This document shows positions 60,322-64,000 of a stretch of DNA of 64,000 bases, piece after piece. Numbering within the stretch: position 1 is the first letter of the stretch; each line of letters starts with the position of its first letter. The translations under genes and the position numbers were made by a program. The stretch lies in NCBI GenBank assembly GCA_010015585.1, contig ML975150.1, one strand, 5' to 3'. Origin of the DNA: Eremomyces bilateralis CBS 781.70. Taxonomy: Eukaryota. Under the pieces are notes generated by a model that was not told the origin of the DNA, made no database searches, and saw only the letters and a program-made list of their open reading frames with translations.

Positions 60322-62484
60322 GATGTCAAATTTGGGGAGGAGTTTCGGATGTTGTGGTACGTGGAAGCAAGGTTACACGGTAACGATTGAAGATGCGGAG
60401 AGTGAGGCTTCTGGGATGTGATGTCGAGATGACGGCTTCAAGTGCAGGTATATATCGAAAGGAAATTAACACAAGGAAGGAGCAGATCTCGGAATTTATA
60501 TTCCCTTCATCACAGCAACCGCTTGGAACCGGCCCTAATAACAGAACTCTAGACCGTCTTGCTGATTCTCCAATTCTCCCATTCCCCATCTTTTTCCCGG
60601 TGCAATCGCAAATTCTTACTTCCGCCGGACCTGTTTATCACCCAGAGAGCTGGGAATAAATTCGACTTTCGAGGCCAGAGGCACACCCGCTCTGCCAGTC
60701 TCCGCTCCACGACAAGGTCGATTGCCGCGACGGCGTATCACCTCGACGGTTGATCGGTCTGCTAATGTATGACAGGCCAATTGGATGGGCAGAGGGCGCG
60801 ATTTGGAATTCTTGATTTCCCAATTGGGCGGTCCGTTAGCCTTTTGAGGTTCTAGGGGGGGACTCCGGCGCATTGTACGTCATGGATTTTGGGGGAGGGG
60901 GTGCAGGTTTCGTCCTGCTGCAGATGTTTTATGGTAAGCCAGTCGAACTAGAGTGGGGTGGAACTTGGGATGAAGTGAGGAAGCACTAGTTAGGAATTGT
61001 TAGCAATGCGGCTGAATAGGATCAGATACTGCAGGATTGCGATCATGACAGATTTGTCCTTCAGGAAGAAATACTTCTACCGACCAAAGTGACGTGGATT
61101 TGGACCGTCACAAGGGCGGAGAGACTCGATCACGAAGCTATCGTTGTCCGGCCGAACCGTCACCCACCCAACGAATCAGTATGGGGCTTAGGGTGCAGCG
61201 CGATAGTGATGGGTAATCCGATTCCTGACATATTAATAAATCGCTCCATTTTCGACAGGCCCCTAAGTTAAATCCAACATTATTTGCATAGACTTCCAAA
61301 TGGAATGCTGACATTCCAGGAAGCGACTCGCACGGTTAATCGCACAAACAAACAAGAAGACAATCCCCTTCGACGGTGGCAAGATAGACCGCTTCGCATC
61401 AGGATCTGCAGGGTCAAGCAATTCCAAATATTGTGGTACCTGTATCCGCAGGTCTTTTGCATCTTGCACGGCGTTCGAGAAGATGAGCGTTCGGCTGGCG
61501 AGTAAAATGGCGATGTACAGTGTTTAGGATGCAGGGGGTGGGTAGTCGCGTCGACCGGCAGTCGACTCACAACAAACTCCGCTAGACGAATGCAGCTACT
61601 CGAACTGCATACTGCATAATTGTTAACTAGTTACGGGGGGGTAAGTAATCCGGGTCTAGCTCGGGGACTTATCAGCACGGAAGTCAAAGAATATTCCTGC
61701 GCTGCGTTTAGTTCTTCACCACCTGGGGTAGAGGAAATTGATACTCCGCTGTGGTGGACGACTCCCTCCCGCGTATGGAAAAGGAGAATGGTATCTTTAA
61801 GTAATATAAGGTGGGTAACGATCATCGCGGGGTTTCGACGCCCATGATACGCTTCAAGGTCGTCATCAATTTCTTCCACTTCGGATGCGGAGATATGATA
61901 GCGTCCCTAATGTTCGGAGTCGATAATTGATGACCATTGGCCCTTCATGCCGATTAGATGAGTAGCGGAGTATAAACGATAAGAGGGAATGCTTGCACGG
62001 AGGCAAGATTTGCAGGAACGTCAGAAACATCTTTCGAGAGACAAGAGGGAGGAATGGATTGACTTTATTGATTTACCAATGCCCATCAAGGTGGCTGGCT
62101 CGGAGCATGTAAGATATCCACCATCGACGTCCATATGAACAGACGCTTCAACCCGAGATGTACACTGAGCGGTCGAATAATAATTGATATTCACTATTAA
62201 CAGTGAGGAGAATGGGCAGTTATGTACCAGCTCTTCAGAGATTAGGGGTCAAGTATATAGGGCGAAAAGGACTATTAATCATGCCGCCACCACGGCATAT
62301 CGTCTATCAACTGTCCAATGGCTCAGCACACGCGAGTTGGCCTTGGATAAAGGGGAACACTTCTGTTCATTTAGTCTGAATCAAATTCCCATTCTAACCA
62401 GCCAGTTGGTTGCAAGTGTTCTTGTTTGGACCACATATTTCATGACATCATCACGGCATCGTTCATGGCTCCATTTCTAGTCCG

Positions 62485-63212
62485 TCATGACGAGAGAGGG
62501 GGAAACGGACGAAGGAAATGGGATGGGCATTCATAGCCTCCAGGATTCTGCTTCCAGTTAGTATCCTTGTGTGTCCTGCAGAAACGGCGATCAACGCACC
62601 TTGTCCAAGTAGAGCTGATGATACGTCTCGGCATCCCACCATTGACCAGCGGGCAGGATTTCCGTGACCACTTTGCCCTTCTTCCACCATTCCTGCTGCA
62701 CCTTGTCGGTGACCTCCTTTGCGATCTTCTCCTGCTCCTCGTCATGGAAGAAGATACCGCTCCGATATTGGGAGCCGGTGTCCGGTCCCTGCCTGTCCTT
62801 CGTGGTGGGATCGTGCATGCGGTAGAGGAACTCGATCAACTCCCGGTATTTGAGCTTCTCGGGGTCGTAGATAACTTGTAGAGCTTCGGCGTCTGGATGC
62901 ATCATGTCAGCGGCTTTCTGGCTTCTGGACTTCGCCATGCAACTTACGTCCTGTTCGGCCTGTACATACTGCTCGGTAGCTAGGGTTCTGTGTATCGCCT
63001 CCAATATATCCAACCCTCGCATCGATCAGGCCCTTTCCATCGAAGGCTTTGCGGTACATGTGCTCAACGCCCCAGAAGCATCCTGCAGCAATGGTTGCCT
63101 TCGCCGCGCCCTCCGGCAATGTTGCTGATGACCCCTCGGGACCGAAGGCCATCGTGGTCGAAGAGAACGGACGAAGGAATTTGGAGAATAGACCCGACGG
63201 CATGGGAGACAT
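62485..63212 (-). CDS. msrA: Peptide methionine-S-sulfoxide reductase A (3 exons)
   Basis: AAGCFWGVE, VGYIGG, PSYRAVC.G.TG|HAE, HDPTT..RQGPD.GSQYRSGIF, AETYHQLYL, GYEC. Confidence 0.96.
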
Positions 63213-64000
63213 GAAGGGTAGAAGAACCGCAACGATGATTACCAGTATATATGGAAGGGGAATGGAGCGGAGGAGATCCAGTGTTTCTGAGCCGGTTGCT
63301 TGGAAATGAAGTTGTCTGGAGTCTGGACCAGCCGAAGTTTTATAGTATCTGTTGAAAGAAGAACTCAAATCATGCCTTAGTTCACTAACCGATTCGCGTC
63401 ATCGAGCGGAGGAATTGTCAATTGACAAATCGTACGGAGTCTGTCGGCAATGCCCTCGCATTACTGATCACATCAAAGACAGCGGGGCCGGAGAGAGGAT
63501 GTCATCGTGGCAGGGCAGAGCGATTCAACTGCGCCACTTGATATTGACAAGCTTCACGTGATCTCAAAGTTTTTCTGGCGGGCTGTAAATGCCTAAACTG
63601 CAGACAGTCACGTGAAATTGGCTTTCTCCCATCCTTCCAAATTCCAATCCTTCATCTTCCTCCGACAAGCGTTCCCCCTGCAGATATGCCAGCAATGCGG
63701 AGTCAAAACCCAGATTCCGGTCTGAGTATGTCGGATTATTGCATGGCGATGCACCGGCCCGCCTACCCTTTATCCTTTTGGCCGCCTCTTACCTGCACGG
63801 GACGGTTGTAGGCTTCGTGTTATCTCGCTTGCCACCTGGAATGCTGGATGGAAGAGGAAAAGGGGCATTCGAACGCCTTTATCAAGATGCTGTTACCCAC
63901 ATCTCCATCGTAGATCTTTCGCAAATCTTGATCTTCCTTTTGAACCACGGAGCGCATGAATTTCGCTATACATCTATACTGCCTCGTCTAAACTACATCA

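Overview
Eukaryotic DNA from a filamentous ascomycete (Pezizomycotina): short GT-AG introns with CTRAC/CTAAC branch sites and about 27 protein-coding genes. Conserved genes: STM1, mccA, a Ure2-class GST, ALKBH6-like, PP2A-A (TPD3), FRS1, AIM18-like, NSE3, SPP1, PAM18, atrR, msrA. Accessory genes: an arylamine N-acetyltransferase, a HET-domain protein, an isolated nitrate reductase with a perfect NirA/NIT4 site, GH12, GH43, an MFS exporter and a secreted protein with copper-monooxygenase-like ligands. There is one clear pseudogene and several weaker decayed ORFs. Most notable: (1) a candidate structured ncRNA in an unusually long intron of an alpha/beta hydrolase, (2) the secreted PHM/DBH-like copper-protein candidate beside the arabinanase, (3) a recurring strand-symmetric C-rich to G-rich switch inside many genes, (4) two GC-AG introns and a stop-creating NAGNAG acceptor. 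No tRNA, rRNA, CRISPR or intact transposon was recognised. Exon structures were inferred by eye; no database search was run.
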